Of a DNA stretch of 64,000 nucleotides, positions 1 to 12,879 are shown one piece after another (positions within the stretch are counted from its first letter, which is position 1; each line of letters opens with the position of its first letter). Source of the DNA: Torpedo marmorata (taxonomy: Eukaryota); NCBI GenBank assembly GCA_977017645.1, contig OZ360222.1, positions 107,322,001-107,386,000 of the forward strand. Direction: 5' to 3'. The notes under the pieces were generated by a model. It searched no databases, was not told the DNA's origin, and saw only the letters and a program-made list of their open reading frames with translations. The translations under genes were made by a program, and so were the position numbers.

Positions 1-955
1 AGTCTCCTCCTCACTGATTATCAACACAGGCGCACCCCAAGGATGTGTGCTTAGTCCACTGCTCTACTCGTTATACACCCATGACTGTGTGGCCAGACAC
101 AATTCCAATGCCATCTACAAGTTTGCCGATGACACCACAGTTGTCAGCAGAATCACAAACGGCAATGAGGAAGCGTACAGGAGGGAGATAGATCAGCTCA
201 TTGACTGGTGTAACGACAACAACCTTGCACTCAACGTCAGCAAAACCAAGGAAATGATTGTGGACTTCAGGAGGAAGTCAGGGGAACACGACCCAGTCCT
301 CATCGAGGGCTCAGTAGTGGAGAGGGTCAAGAACTTCAAATTCCTGGGTGTCAATATCTCCGAGGATCTGTCCTGGAGCCTCCATGTTGATGCAATCACA
401 AAGAAGGTTTGCCAGCAGCTATACTTTGTGAGGTGTCTGAGGAGATTCGGTATGTCACCGAAGACTCTCGTAAACTTCTACAGGTGTACTGTGGAGAACA
501 TTCTGGCTGGTTGCACCACTGCCTGGTATGGAGGCGCCAACTCTCAGGACAAGAATAAACTCCAGAGGGTTGTTAACTCGGCCTGTGACATCACAGGCAC
601 CAGACTTCACTCCATTGAGGACATCTACTTGAGGCGGTGTCTTAAAAAAGCTGCCTCTATCCTCAAAGACCCCCACCACCCAGGCCATGCCCTCTTCACT
701 TTGTTACCATCGGAAAAAAGGTACAGGAGCCTAAAGACGAGCACTCAACGGCACAAGGACAGCTTCTTCCCCGCTGCCAACAGATTCCTGAATAATCAAT
801 GAACCAAAGACACTACCTTACTTTTCCTGCACTATTATTTATATATTTTTTATAGTAATGTCGTAAGGTGGTTATAATATGAATGTTTGCACTATGATGC
901 TGCCGCAAAACACCGAATTTCATGACTTGTTCATGACAATAAATTCTGATTCTGA
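1..955 (+). mobile_element. Rex1/Babar-like non-LTR retrotransposon, 3' part (RT C-terminal ORF 47..802, 3'UTR, tandem-repeat tail)
   Basis: The translation contains (GAPQGCV)LSPLLYSLYTHD, YKFADDTTVV, LNVSKTKEMIVDFRR and FKFLGVNI RT motifs, plus a C-terminal HPGHALFTLLPS. The element ends ATGACAATAAATTCTGATTCTGA (933-955) and runs off the left edge of the window. Confidence 0.9.
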
Positions 956-1794
956 AGAAGTCATAACTGCATCCTATTTATCTAGCATTGACCTTTTGCA
1001 TGGGAATACCTGCAATCAATTCCAGATTCAGGCAGTGAAATCCTTTATGGTGTCCACAAATCACTGTCAAAGTAATGGGTGTAATGATAGGCATCTTGTG
1101 TCATAAACCTGCCTACAACCCTTGCACATTCCTTGCTTCACACTGGTGCTGCCCTGCATCTTTGTTGCAAATGGAACATTACACCAGGGGATATCGGAAA
1201 CATCAGAGTGGAGAAGATCCGCATGGACAGGTGCAAATAGAGCATGGAATAGAAAAGGAGAATTAGTCATAATTTTGAATGAGCTCAAGCCAATGATCAG
1301 TGAGGAAAGGGAGGATGACCAGAAATATCATAAAGTAAGATTCATGCACACTGAAGTAACAATGCAATATGCACAACAAGCTGCCTTCAACATTGCATCG
1401 AATTTGTTCATTATTCTGAGTGCACGGAAAGAACTTTGATGCTCGCACAATGGAATGGTTCCAATGCAGATAATTCATACACTTAACCATTCCAGATACT
1501 AATATATTTACTTCAAGGGGTGTTCCCGAGTGACATATTGAATCGTGCCACACTGCATGTGAACCAGAGCTTGAAAAGTGAGATTTGCAGAGGAAACAAC
1601 ATCAAAATGAGTAACATAAAGGGGCAAATTTTCCACCCAGGCACCTGCATTTCTACTGGACTTACCCACAATTCTCCACTGAAGTCCCAGATTCTACTAC
1701 TGGTGTAGAGGTAAGCCACACACCTTGTGACACCAGCTGACCCTGCACTTCGCTGCTGGGCTTTTCATGGAGTCTAACAGGGCGGCTCAAAGTT

Positions 1795-2040
1795 GTTTTT
1801 AGATATACAGCATGGTAACAGGCCCTTTCGGCCCACGAGCCTGTGCCGCCCAATTACACCCAATTGACCTTACAATCCCCAGTTTTGAAAGGTGGGAGGA
1901 AACCAGAGCGCCCGGAGGAAACCCACGCAAACACGGGGAGAACGTACAAACTCCTTACAGACAGCGCGGGATTCAAGCCCCGGTCCCGATCGCTGGCGCT
2001 GTAACACCGTTGTGCTAAACGCTACACTAACTGTGCCAGA
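1795..2040 (-). mobile_element. tRNA-derived V-SINE/HE1-like SINE
   Basis: Reverse complement shows a tRNA-like head with B box (GGCTTGAATCC), the central TGCGTGGGTTTCCTCCGGG domain and a CR1-type tail GGGCCGAAAGGGCCTGTTACCATGCTGTAT. Confidence 0.85.
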
Positions 2041-2770
2041 CTTCTCAGCTCTCTGGCTGGTGTACCTGCTCGCCCAGGCTGTGGCAGGTTAAATCAATAA
2101 GAAATTACTACTGGGAGAAGAGCAATTGGAATGTTTTACTTCAGTTAATGTGTCGTTAATTGTTTTAAACTATATATAAGTGTTCACATTTGGACTTCTA
2201 ATTCTTTTTTTTTAAATATAATTTTTATTTTTTAATAATTTCCAAGTGATTTGGGATAAAATTTAGCCTGAAGTTTCCGAACTACTGCCATTGATATCCG
2301 AAAGGCACAGAACATGAGTACGGGATATCCAAAGAATTTAACTTTTATAAATTTCAAATATAGTAAGCTGAGTAAGCGAGACATTATGAAGCATGATTTG
2401 AGGATATGGGTTTCTGGGCTGTTTCGTATTAAGGAAGATATCATTTCACACGTACCAGACTGTTTAGACTCTAAAGATGTACTATCTCTTCAGACTAAAC
2501 GATAATGTTTAACAGTAGATGGCCATGGATATTTTGCTTTGTTTTAATGCATAGATTTTTTTTTCAAAATTACATCCCACATTTTTTTTTGCCATCATTT
2601 ACAGGAACTAATTAGCTTTATTAGAAATTGTGGGTCATATCCCATGCCTACCTGTGACCTGACACAGTAATTATTATTGATTTGTTTCCAAAGAAAATAT
2701 TTGAATTTAATAAATAGTGTTGTGAAAGAAAACAAGTAAACACCTTCTATAAAGTCAGTGTTCTACAATT

Positions 2771-3450
2771 TAAGATTCAAGATTCAAGATTCAATTTATT
2801 GTCATAGTAATAAGATAGTGTCATATTCCATGAAATTTCTTTTTGCCTGCTGCAAGGCAGACAGTTTCACCACCGGCAGAAATTGCCTAAGCGCCTCTAA
2901 CATTCCAGAGTCAGAGAAAGAGAAGCAAAAGAGAGTCCCCCCAGAGTCACCGAGTGTCCATAGATTCGCCTCCAGCGCTTCTGCAGCCTCCGCAGCCACA
3001 CAGAGTCCAGTCCAAACCATCGGCATCCCGAGCTCCAGATCCGAACCTCCAACACGGTCAGGTCGCCCTTGGCACCCCCTCGCATCCCGGTTCCGATACC
3101 TGGTACTCCTCCAGCCAGTTCGAGCCAGCCTCCAGCAGTCCGCAGCCCGGCGTGAGTCCCCCGACAGCAGTCTCCAGCAGCCCACAGCCTCCGCGGGTTC
3201 CTCGCCACGAGTCGCCAGCAGCCCGCCGCATGCACTGGTCCTTCAGCCTCAGAGCCCCTCACTGGTCCACCGCCGTGGTCACCGTCCCGTGGGTCGTCTC
3301 CTCCGCTTCTCCTTCTCAGACGGGGGGGCGATCTTCCCGTCCTCTGGTGCCCTGCTCCAGTCCTCCACCTCCCCAGAGTCTGCAGCCCCTCGTGGCTGCT
3401 GCCGGTTAAAAGGCGCTGCCATCTTGGGGGCAGACCCCGTGGTCGATCTC
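2771..3450 (-). mobile_element. GC-rich non-autonomous retroelement with Rex1-type 3' end
   Basis: The minus strand begins near CAAGATGGCAGC (3414-3426) and ends ATGACAATAAAT(TGAATCT)3. The same ATGACAATAAAT 12-mer closes the Rex1 copy at 933-944. No RT-like ORF inside. Confidence 0.65.
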
Positions 3451-3794
3451 AACATTTTGACTCTCATCCCTTTTTATGGCCATCTTTTTTTTATATTTTA
3501 TTTTTCATTTTCAGAAATTTTTACAAAACATTAATAAACAATCACAAAATATATACTTTTTTTGGCCATCTTGTTGCTTGATGTTCATGAAAACCCAATG
3601 ATTAAGTGCCTCCAATAAAGCTACAAATCTACCTTTTGCCCACTCACTTAATTTGTCTTTGTCCTCGTCTAGACACTTATCACTTGCTCATAACTCACCT
3701 TCCCATCTATCTTTGCTTCGCCAGCAAACATTAATACATGGTAAATAGCCAACCCCTGAGGCTTCCAACTAGTTATGGCTTTCTAACATATTAA

Positions 3795-4365
3795 TCCAAT
3801 TTTTTGCTTTCTGTCTGTTAACCAAACCACATTCATAGAAGCAAGTTACCCTCAATCCCATAAATCCTTTTGTGTCGCATCTTTTTGAATGCCTTTTGGA
3901 AAACCAAGTACACTACATTCACTGGTTTGCCTTCATTCAGCTGGCAAAGACCATCAATTACTTCAAAATGACACAAATAATGAGATATTAGGGGTTAATT
4001 TATCCTACCCAGTCAAAAAACCCCAGAGAGACAGGTAATTAAAGTGTCCTGAGTTATTCCACTTTCATAAGATTATATTGACTTTGTCTAATCATGTTGT
4101 GCTTCTCTGGGTGGTCTGTTATCAATTCTTTACTGGATTTCAGCAATTACCTGACAATTTACATCAGATTAGCCTGCCTGTTATTTCCTGTTTTCCTTTC
4201 CTCTCCTTTCATGAATAACTGCTGTTTCTCAATCCACTATAACCTTTCCACAACATGAGGAAGTTTACAAGATGTCAAACAATGCATGTACTATCTCTGC
4301 AGCCATTTCTTTTGCAGTCCTAAGATCTAGGGCATCAGGTCAAGAGGATTTGTCAGACCTTGTGA
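3795..4365 (-). mobile_element. Degraded CR1/HER1-like LINE fragment
   Basis: The minus strand near 3860-3925 encodes a decayed V(N)VVYL(V)FQKAF, matching the CR1 RT VDVVYLDFQKAF motif. Many stops and indels. Confidence 0.7.
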
Positions 4366-5317
4366 TATTACTGATGCCTGCAGATGAACAAACAGAAATT
4401 CATCCAAAAAGATCTGGTTAAAATCAGACACCACAAATCCTAAATAACCTGGGACCCTTTAACTATCTGTCTCTGTGGCTGGGTAGGATAAAGTAACCCC
4501 TAATGTCTCATTATTTGTCTATGAAGGAGAACAATCCCAATTCTATTACAAACTGCTCCTGGCAGTGGGGGTGTGGGGTAGTGGGAGGGGAAAAGGGATT
4601 TATAAAATGTGCATTGACAAAAAGTGTACAACAAATGAAGCACATTTCTATTCATTCTTTCCTTGTCTTACAAGATGCTGCAGCCACATGAAGAAAATCT
4701 TGCAATTGATATCTACTTTTAAGCAGCTTGGAACCAACTTTGGAATCCGTTTTGGCATGAAGTGTGTGGTGGCAGACATTATGAATTGTACGCATGTACT
4801 GAGATTTGCCTGAAGAGACCACTGTTAATTTTTCTTGCTACATGAAATTTCCAAAATTATCTAAGGTGGGGGGAAGCAGAGTGGTTGGAAGCTGCAAAAG
4901 GAAAACGTAAGAAGCCTCAAAAGGAACATTTCAGTGTTAAGTAAATGGTTTTATAATTCGCTCCATCATTTTCCAGTCCTTGCACCTATAGAGCATGGAT
5001 CACACTGTGATTCTACGGCAAGGAGAGGTAAAATAAAGTCATCTTAAGGATTTGGTGAGAAGACTTGTTCAGAAATTCTAAGGATACTAAAACTGATTTT
5101 CCTCATTTATTTGTTGGTTGGTTTTCACTGCAAGCAGAGCCAGCAGCAAGAGGGGGTAGAAGAAGCTGCAGGGTAGAGAGGTAAATGCATTTGTTGGACC
5201 AGCAGCAATAGCCCAAGTTGAAGAGGTACTTACTCGCTGGTGTAAAATTCACCCATCTTAAAAACCCATCTCCAGAAGCTGGTTCAGCTATTGGCTTCCT
5301 CTCTTATTATTCATCTT

Positions 5318-7514
5318 TTTTTAAAAAATATTTTATTTAAATTTTTAAATCACACAATACATAATTCAAAATATATAGTTTCCAAAATACAGTGATATAA
5401 ATTTCCTCCCCCCACACCCTCCCACCCCTCCCCAACCCCCCCAACCCCACTACTCTAAAAATAGAAAAAGAAAAAAGAGAAAAAGAAAAAAGAGATTAAT
5501 AGTGAGGAGAGAACCATCTAAAAACTAATTTTAATCTGGAGGTTAAACTCGCCAATAGACCTGATTTCTAGAAATTTCAAATCCTTAAACCCATAACTCT
5601 CATATATGGGCTCCAAATTTTTAAAAAAGAATGATATTTATTACGTAAATTATAAGTAATTTTTTCCAAAGGAATACATGAACGAAGTTCTGCATGCCAT
5701 CTATCCAAATTTAAATCTAAATCTGATTTCCAAGTAATAGCAATACATTTTTTTGAAACAGCTAAAGCAATTCGTAAAAATTCTACCTGATACATATTCA
5801 ATCTATTCCTAATACTAAATTTTCTAATATCTCCAAATAGAAACAACATAGGATCCATTGGAAACCTAACATTAAAAACTCTCTCTAAAAAATTCTTAAC
5901 TTTAAGCCAAAAATCTTGAATCTTTGAACATAACCATGTAGAATGAACAAAAGAGCCTACTTCATTCTTACATCTAAAACACAAATCCGACAATGTCGGA
6001 TTAAATTTCTTTAATTTTTTCGGCGTTAAATATAATTGATGAAAGAAATTATATTGTACTAATCTGTACCTAACATTAATAACTTTAGTCATACTTAACT
6101 TACATAAATCTTCCCAATGTTTTTGAGCTATATTAATATTTAAATCTAATTCCCATTTTAATCTTGATTTATGTAATCCTACTTTAGGCATTTTTCTCTG
6201 AAATAATTTATACATTTGAGAAATAAACTTATTAACATTTGCTTTAGTAATTAATAATTCTAACTCATTATACCTTGGAGCAATCAAATTTTCTCCTAAT
6301 TTCTCAACCAAAAAAGCTTTAACCTGATAATAAGCTAACCATGTATTATCTAATATATCAAATTTTTCTTTCAATCTTTGAAACGTAACAAATCTTCCAG
6401 CTTCAAAACAATCTTTAAAATTTTTAATACCTATTTGAAACCATGTTTTCAATAACTGATTATTCATAGTAAATAATAAAAGTGGATTTTGATATAATGG
6501 CATATTTAAAGAAATTGTTCCTTTCCCGCCTATTTCTTTATCTACCTGTGTCCATACTTCCAATAAATGCTTAATAATCGGTAAATTTTTCTTTTTAACT
6601 AATAATAATTTAGAATTCCACTTGTAAATAATATCCTCTTTATAATTTTCTCCTATATTATTTAATTCTATATTAATCCAAGCAGAAGTTTTAGCTAAAT
6701 CAAAAAATTTATTAACACATTTTAATTGAGCTGCTTTATAATAATATTGAAAATTAGGGAGTTGCATTCCTCCCATCTCATAATTCCATGTTAACTTCTC
6801 CATACTCACTCTTGCTAACTTCTCTTTCCATAAAAATTTCCTAACTATAAATTTTAAATCTTTAAAAAAAATTTTTGGAATTCCAAAAGGAATTGATTGA
6901 AAAAGATGTTGAATTCTTGGAAAAATATTCATCTTAATACAATTTACTCTCCCCATTAAAGTTATAGGTAAATCTTTCCAATTTTCCAAATCTTTCTTTA
7001 TTTTCGTAAATAAGGGTACATAATTTAATTTATATAAATTTTCTAATTTTGTATCCACTTTTACTCCCAAATATTTAATTCCTTCTTTTGCCCACTTAAA
7101 TTCCGTAACTTCTCTACATCTAGTATAATCACCTTGAGATAAAGCCATTATTTCACTTTTATCCGCATTAATTTTATATCCAGATATTTCGCCATATTCT
7201 GTTAATATAATAGCTAAATGTTGAAGTGATGAAACTGATTTCGTCATGTATATTAATACATCATCTGCAAACAAACTGATCTTATGTTCTTCCATACCGA
7301 CTTTAATCCCTACTATATTAGGATCTGTCCTGATCAATTCAGCTAAAGGTTCTATTGCCAAAACAAATAAAGCTGGTGATAAAGGACAACCCTGTCTTGT
7401 AGAACGCGTTAAAGAAAATTTTGACGATATTTGTCCATTTGTATTTACTTTAGCTGTAGGTTCTTTATATATAGTTTTAATCCAATTTATAAAAGTATTC
7501 CCAAAACCAAATTT
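5318..7514 (-). mobile_element. 5'-truncated L1/Tx1-clade LINE with open ORF2 3' half (5577..7361 and upstream)
   Basis: RQGCPLSP, ISLFADD, IKYLGV and C-terminal CFRC..H..W.C motifs. A-rich tail. 16-bp TSD TCTTATTATTCATCTT at 5302-5317 and 7515-7530. Confidence 0.95.
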
Positions 7515-7777
7515 TCTTATTATTCATCTTATGTATAATTTTTAATTAATTTAGAGATACAGCACGGTAACAGGCCCTCCGGCCCACGAGTCCACGCCAC
7601 CCAAATACACCCATGTGACCAATCAACCTACTAACCACGTACGTCTTTGGACTGTGGGAGGAAACTAGAGCACCCAGAGGAAACCCACGCAGACACGGGA
7701 AAAACGTGCAAACTCCTTAGAGATAGCGCCAGATTCAAACCCAGGTCGCTGGCACTGTAATAGTGTTGTGCTAACCA

Positions 7778-9147
7778 CATAGGCGTATCTAGGGTATGGC
7801 AGCCAGGGCACATGTCCTGGGCTCCACTTGAAGGGGGGGCGCCACTGCCCACCAATCCTCGTAAGAGTTCAAAAACAAGCTCGTATGTGCCGCGTTGAGT
7901 GTAGGCGTTGTTGACACCCTCTGCCGTTCAATGTCGGTTCCCTTGACCCGTCTGTACCTTGGAGGCGCCAGTTCAGCGTCCCCTTCGCTGCCGGTGTCCT
8001 TGCTCACCCACCGAAACCCGTACACATTCTGCTGTGGGCTTCCTATTAAACCCAGCACTGAGCATTCTCCGAGGGGCGTGGGCTCCAGCACCAATCCTCC
8101 TTTAACGATGATGTAAAAAAATAAATTCTACGCAGTGTGCGCAGCGAGCTCGGCAAGCAAGCAGCTGAATGTTGGCAATTTGTGGCGCGCACACACCGGC
8201 AGAGCCTGGAAATTATTCACCCCCCCCACCCCCGCCCCAAGCCCAACTCCCCCAACATCCCTTGTCTGACTTATTTCAAACAGAATACCTTTCAGACCAG
8301 CGAGAGAATAATTGGCGTTAGTACTTTTACTATAACCGCCGAGGGGAGGGTTTGGAGTCAGGCGTTGGGAGCTCCGATCCAAACCCTCCTCTCAGCCTAC
8401 ACCGGAGCTCCCGACACCTGACTCCGATCCATCCCCTCAGCCTACAGCACACGCACACCGGACTCCGGTGTGCGTGTGCGGTAGTAGGCCGAGGGGAGGG
8501 TTCGGAGTCGGCGTCGGGAGCTCAGGTGTGCGCCTGTAGGCCGACTGCCGAGGGGAGGGTTCGGAGTCGGGTGTCGGGAGCTCTGGTCACCGGAACTCCC
8601 GACTCCGAACCCTCCCCTCGGCCTACACCGAAGCTCACGACGTCTGACTCCAAACCCTCCCCTGTCCCCTGTTGGAGCCAGGGCTGAGGAGGGTGTGCGC
8701 TGAAAGATGAGTTTGAACGTGGGCTTCGGCATCTTCCTGCTTCTCTCCCACCGGATGCTTGGCGCTGAGAGTCACCTTTCACTGAAGGTAAGAGAAGGCC
8801 ACTCCACCTTTACCTTAGGCCGCTCCACTCTGGCCCGGGGAATACCGCTCGCTACTTTCATTCAGCGAATGCTGGCCTTTGAAGTAGGCAGAGAGTTTTT
8901 TTAAATTGAAACGACTGTCGTGTTTTTTAAGGTGCAGATTATTTTCCAATATCTCAATATATCCAACACAACGTTGGATATGACTATTTTAGGGTTCTAC
9001 AGCGGCGAGGACAGGTAGGGAAGGTGAAGTGGATGGTGTGGCGGCGGCGAGGGATGGTTGCGGGGTGAAGGGTTGAAGTAAGTTTTAACAGGGGGGGTGC
9101 AATTTCAGTGCTTGCCATAGGTGCTATTTTCCCTAGATATGCCACTG
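7778..9147. mobile_element. Non-autonomous hAT-superfamily DNA transposon (1370 bp)
   Basis: Imperfect 17-bp TIRs CATAGGCGTATCTAGGG / CCCTAGATATGCCACTG. Perfect 8-bp TSD GCTAACCA (7770-7777, 9148-9155). No transposase ORF. Confidence 0.9.
8338..8664. repeat. Cluster of direct and inverted ~37-bp GC-rich repeats inside the hAT element
   Basis: GCCGAGGGGAGGGTTYGGAGTCRG at 8338, 8488 and 8547. Reverse-complement copies at ~8379-8430, ~8598-8622 and ~8645-8664. Confidence 0.85.
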
Positions 9148-9576
9148 GCTAACCAATATACTAACCATGTGTTAGCCTCTTACTTGGAGTGACCAATGGA
9201 TTCCCAAAAGAGAATTCCAGCATCACAGGAAGAAATAACCCGTGCAAGTGAAATTAGGGCCACCTTTGTGGCCATATGTCAGCACTCACACATACATATT
9301 TGCTGATAAAAGAGTTAAACATTGACTTTTGCATCAGACAATCCCATTACCAAGAGATTTTGATGGAGGAGAATGGGGACACAGGTTTGTGAATGTTTGT
9401 CTCAGTGCAATGCTGCCCCATAATCTTAGTATGCCATGCCAGTAAAGAAGTGGAGTGGTCACATCTCATTGGAACCCAATTGGCTGTACCTACCAACCAA
9501 TGACCAACCAGATCCACAGATATTATTAGAAAAGCAATGGAAGGAGACCAAAAGATTAGCACAAGATCGATTAGAG

Positions 9577-9753
9577 CAGGGGTGGCCAACCTTTTAATTT
9601 TTAATTTAGACATACAGCACGGTCACAGGCCATTTCGGCCCACGAGTCCGTGCCGCCCAATTAACCTACACCCCCGGTACGTTCTCGTGGGCCGAAATGG
9701 CCTGTTACCGTGCTGTATGTCTAAATTAAAAATTAAAAGGTTGGCCACCCCTG
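9577..9753. mobile_element. Hairpin MITE with hAT (Charlie-like) termini and SINE-derived arms, copy 1
   Basis: ~70-bp near-perfect inverted arms starting CAGGGGTGGCCAACCTTTT. Perfect 8-bp TSD GATTAGAG (9569-9576, 9754-9761). Arms and loop match the SINE 3' end. Confidence 0.92.
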
Positions 9754-12700
9754 GATTAGAGTGATATGCTGACTGATATAAGTTGTTCAAAATGATTCAG
9801 GAAAAGGGAATTGTCCATAAACAAAAGCAGTGAGGTGCTGCCTGCCTGGATCCTGTGGAAAGATGGTGGACAGCAACCATTTGACATTGCTTTCAAAATA
9901 AAATCTTAAACCTCCAAAATCTGGCAACTTTAAGTCGTGTTCATGAAGCCGTGGGAAACCGTTTCATGAATTTTAAAGCTTCATATACCACTCAACATTA
10001 ATAATCAAATTTACAGGCCTGTACTCTCTGAGAAAGGGGCTGTGAAAAGATCGGTTCCTGATTATCATGGGGAGTCCTGGTCTAATGACTGGTGAAGTAC
10101 CCTTACAAAGTTGCTCCAACTTTGAAATGTCCATGCCTACAAAACAAAAAAAAAACAGATTTAATCCCAGACTTAATGGCGTTGAGCATACATGGACTAT
10201 TGGAGAAGATGAACAAATAGAGTAACATTTCCCATTCTTCTTCAGGTAAGACTGATTGACTCATACCTGCAAACAAGATGAGGCAGCCAATATTCAAACA
10301 GATTCTTTACCAAACAAAGGAAAGGGTGAGTCATGGATATTTACAATTTAAAATTCCAATAACAATATTTCTTAAGCAAAATCAATGAGCAAAATTCAAA
10401 GGTTAGCTTAGTTCCAAAATTCAAAAGATCAAAACTTGTCACGAAAAAATTAGTTGGGGATTTTTAGAATGAAAGCAAGAGCAATCTACGAACTCCACAA
10501 GGATTTAGTCACATGACTACCAACTTTTTCAAATGTGCTGTTCTAAAAGTAATCCCTTTGAGTTAAAGTGAAGTCAGAACCATGCCATTTATCGTGCATT
10601 GAATAAAACAGTACTGGACATGGACTGTATTTACCACTTACTAGAAAAATCTCGTCTTCGGGAAATCATTTGTCAATAATATACTATTCAAAAATACGGC
10701 GGTCTCATTGAATTGGCATCCTAGATGGTGCAAATCCCAAAAGGGACTTCTTACACTGACCAAAAAGCAATTTAACCACTTTACCTTAAAAGTTGCTCTG
10801 AAATTTGTTCACCTGCATAATTCTCAATGACCCCATTTTGAGCAAGTTTAGTGACACAGGAACACAACAGAAATCTCCTGCTTCCAAAAGAAAGAAATCT
10901 ACTATTTTATCAAATGTTACAAATTTTAAGTCCTATTACAAATTTAGCTCAGACTTCAAGGAAATAACAATAGAAAGGTATTATCGAACCACCACAACAG
11001 AAGAATGCAAATTGGAACTCTCTAAGCAGAAAACAGCAGGAAGGAAGTGAATGAATCGGAAGAGAAGATTTCCAACATGATTCCTGGACACTATGCATCA
11101 CCTGCTATTAAAAATACCGGTATGTAACTGGGCTGAAAATATCCATTCCAATGAAAGAGTGGATCTACCCCCACAAACTCAATTTTAGTATTGTGGCAAT
11201 GGTCTCTTCTCAATGTTATTTCATAAAAAGTCTTATTATCTCCAGACCAAGTAGGCTTGGAGACCTGATCAAGACGTACAGCAATTTCATTGCCATCTCT
11301 TGTTTGTAGAGGTCCCATATGGGTAAAAGCACTGTAAATTGATTGCATGTATGTGGGGGAAATCTCTTAACATTCAACGCATTTTTTCTGAACTTGGGTG
11401 TTTCTGTCAAACCAGCAAATTTTCCTTTGTTTCAGCAGCAAATTCTATTTTTATTTGACCCATAATAGATAAAACTCCACACTGAGCTAGAACTAGGATT
11501 TTGATACTGAGGTTCCCCCACCCTCCAGAGGTAAGATCAAAAGCTGATCAACTCACTATCTGAGACAAGGTAAAGTAGTTCAACCCAAACTGCATTAATT
11601 TCCACTGAGCAATGCATAATATTGAATTGAAGTCACAAATTTAAGAATGTCACAACAAGGCCTTTCTACTGAAAGTATCAATATACATGTGTATCAACTT
11701 AATCTGATAACATTGGTTTTGGATAAGTAAATACACAAGTCACTATTAAAATACTTGAAGATATTGATAAAATGCATATAATTAGAAAAATTAAGTAATT
11801 ATGTCTGTTTCCATTTCCAATAAATGAAACCTGGTGTGATTCTGCCCTTAAAGTCCTCACATTTCATAAAATACGAGAGGTTAATCATTTGAGGGAGAAA
11901 AGGTCAGATTGCTTGTGAAAAATAAATATCGTTCAATTCATGGTATTTTTTTGTTTCTTGTTTTGCAGAAAATGCACTAAGGACAAATAGGTATCAGAAC
12001 TTATTCAAGCAATCAAGAGCCCAAGGCTGACTTCACAAGGTAGTAAAAGTTAATTGCCATTCATTTGTTTTCTACCTAGGACTTGATACCATCTCCATTA
12101 GAGAGAGAACGTGGCGCATAGACCATAGACGTCAAAATTAAATGACCCTGGGTGGTAGCAGTGTTGTATTTTAGAATCTAATCTTTTTTTTGCTTTCTAA
12201 GCAAATAAATTTGTTAACCAAAATATAAACTGATCAGATGCTTATTACAAATCAATCTTTTCATTTTGATGCATGAAACCAGAATTGATTTGCATAGCCA
12301 ATATCAAGGAGACACGCTCCCAATCCTTGAGGTAACACCCTGCTGTCATTTGCAAGTCCATGGGGTTTTTGATTCAATACAATTTGGAACCTGGAAAATG
12401 GATTCTTTCCAAAAAGAACATGGGGATTTTAATACTGACATTCAAATAAAGTTGACTGAAGCTGATACACAACGGAAATTATTCTCACAAAGAGATTTCA
12501 GCAAATAATACACTTTCCTTTCTGGTATAAAAAATCTTGTAACTGGAGCAATATAAAAATATCTTCCACCAATCATGATAGAACATGAAATTCCTGATTT
12601 CTGTTTATTGAAAAATCAACTATCAATAGAGATGGAACACATTCACTGCACTGTGACCACAGTGACAACACAAATCTTTTGTGATGATGTTATGTATTAT

Positions 12701-12879
12701 GCAATATTCCCTAAGCATTTCATCATATCTGTGATGATGTTAACCAATTAAAATGTGAAATTGCTAATCTTATTCATCACTCTGTGAATTGACTATCGTA
12801 TAGGAGATGAGAGGATCTCCTCTTCTTTCCCTCATGCCTTGCTTCTCCACCCCCACCCACTCCATCTCACCAAATATAC

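Larger units (their letters stand above)
7545..9177 (-). mobile_element. V-SINE/HE1-like SINE interrupted in its tRNA head by a hAT element (SINE parts ~7545-7777 and 9148-9177)
   Basis: Tail, central domain and B box at 7545-7777. The head continues at 9148 after the duplicated GCTAACCA. Confidence 0.8.

Noticed and set aside
2204-2510. Possible decayed L1 3' end on the minus strand (poly-T, FRISMAVVRK)
   Set aside because: Similarity is too short and no TSD was found, so it was left unannotated.
2758-3534. 258-aa Ser/Pro-rich ORF and overlapping ORFs
   Set aside because: Low-complexity products of a GC-rich repeat that is open in many frames. No recognisable domain.
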